This document shows positions 63,826-64,000 of a stretch of 64,000 bases of DNA, in pieces. Under the pieces are notes generated by a model, which did not search any database, had not been told where the DNA came from, and was given only the letters and a program-made list of their open reading frames with translations. Each line of letters begins with the position of its first letter. The first letter of the stretch is position 1. Source of the DNA: Octopus sinensis (lineage: Eukaryota); the NCBI RefSeq assembly GCF_006345805.1, contig NC_043000.1:86118001-86182000 (forward strand), in the 5' to 3' direction. The position numbers and the translations under genes were made by a program.

Positions 63826-64000
63826 CTAGCAGTATCGCCCGGCGTTGCTCGGGTTGTAAGGGAAATAACTATATAAGCATTTTTAGAGAGTTATAGCCAA
63901 AAAATAGCAAAAAAATGCATTAAAAATTGAAAAAAAATTAAGGTAAATTTTTTTTTAAATCGTTGACACATCGTAGATATTTTTAGAGAGTTACTTCCCT
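63826..64000 (-). mobile_element. 3' end of a Helitron-like element, continuing beyond the window
   Basis: Minus strand ...CCCGAGCAACGCCGGG-CGATACTG-CTAG|T: GC-rich hairpin just upstream of a CTAG terminus followed by T. Confidence 0.75.

Overview
AT-rich, repeat-saturated animal genomic DNA, most likely octopus. That call rests on my recognising the dominant tRNA-derived SINE families as octopus OK/OR-type repeats; it is not a database result. Most listed ORFs are microsatellite or transposon artefacts. Only one host-gene exon is well supported: a 95-nt minus-strand ankyrin-repeat exon (57321-57415) with textbook splice sites, so much of the window is probably intronic or flanking DNA of that gene. 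A few weaker minus-strand exon candidates and a CpG-retaining patch (~62.6-63.0 kb) could belong to it. The rest is mobile DNA: dozens of SINE copies in at least four families; RTE, Tx1/L1 and several R4/Dong-type LINE fragments; two mariner relics (one mellifera-like); Tc2-, Tigger- and hAT-type MITEs; two Helitron-like elements; minisatellites; and a near-perfect 968-bp tandem duplication. I found no rRNA, intact tRNA, CRISPR array or intact transposon ORF, and no complete new biological system. The most interesting signals are structural: an (AAT)n landing-pad cluster holding a discrete headless 556-bp element, several short-range templated insertions, a fold-back at a SINE junction, and a SINE dimer inside one target-site duplication. 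Coordinates and translations were read by eye; degenerate repeat boundaries are approximate.
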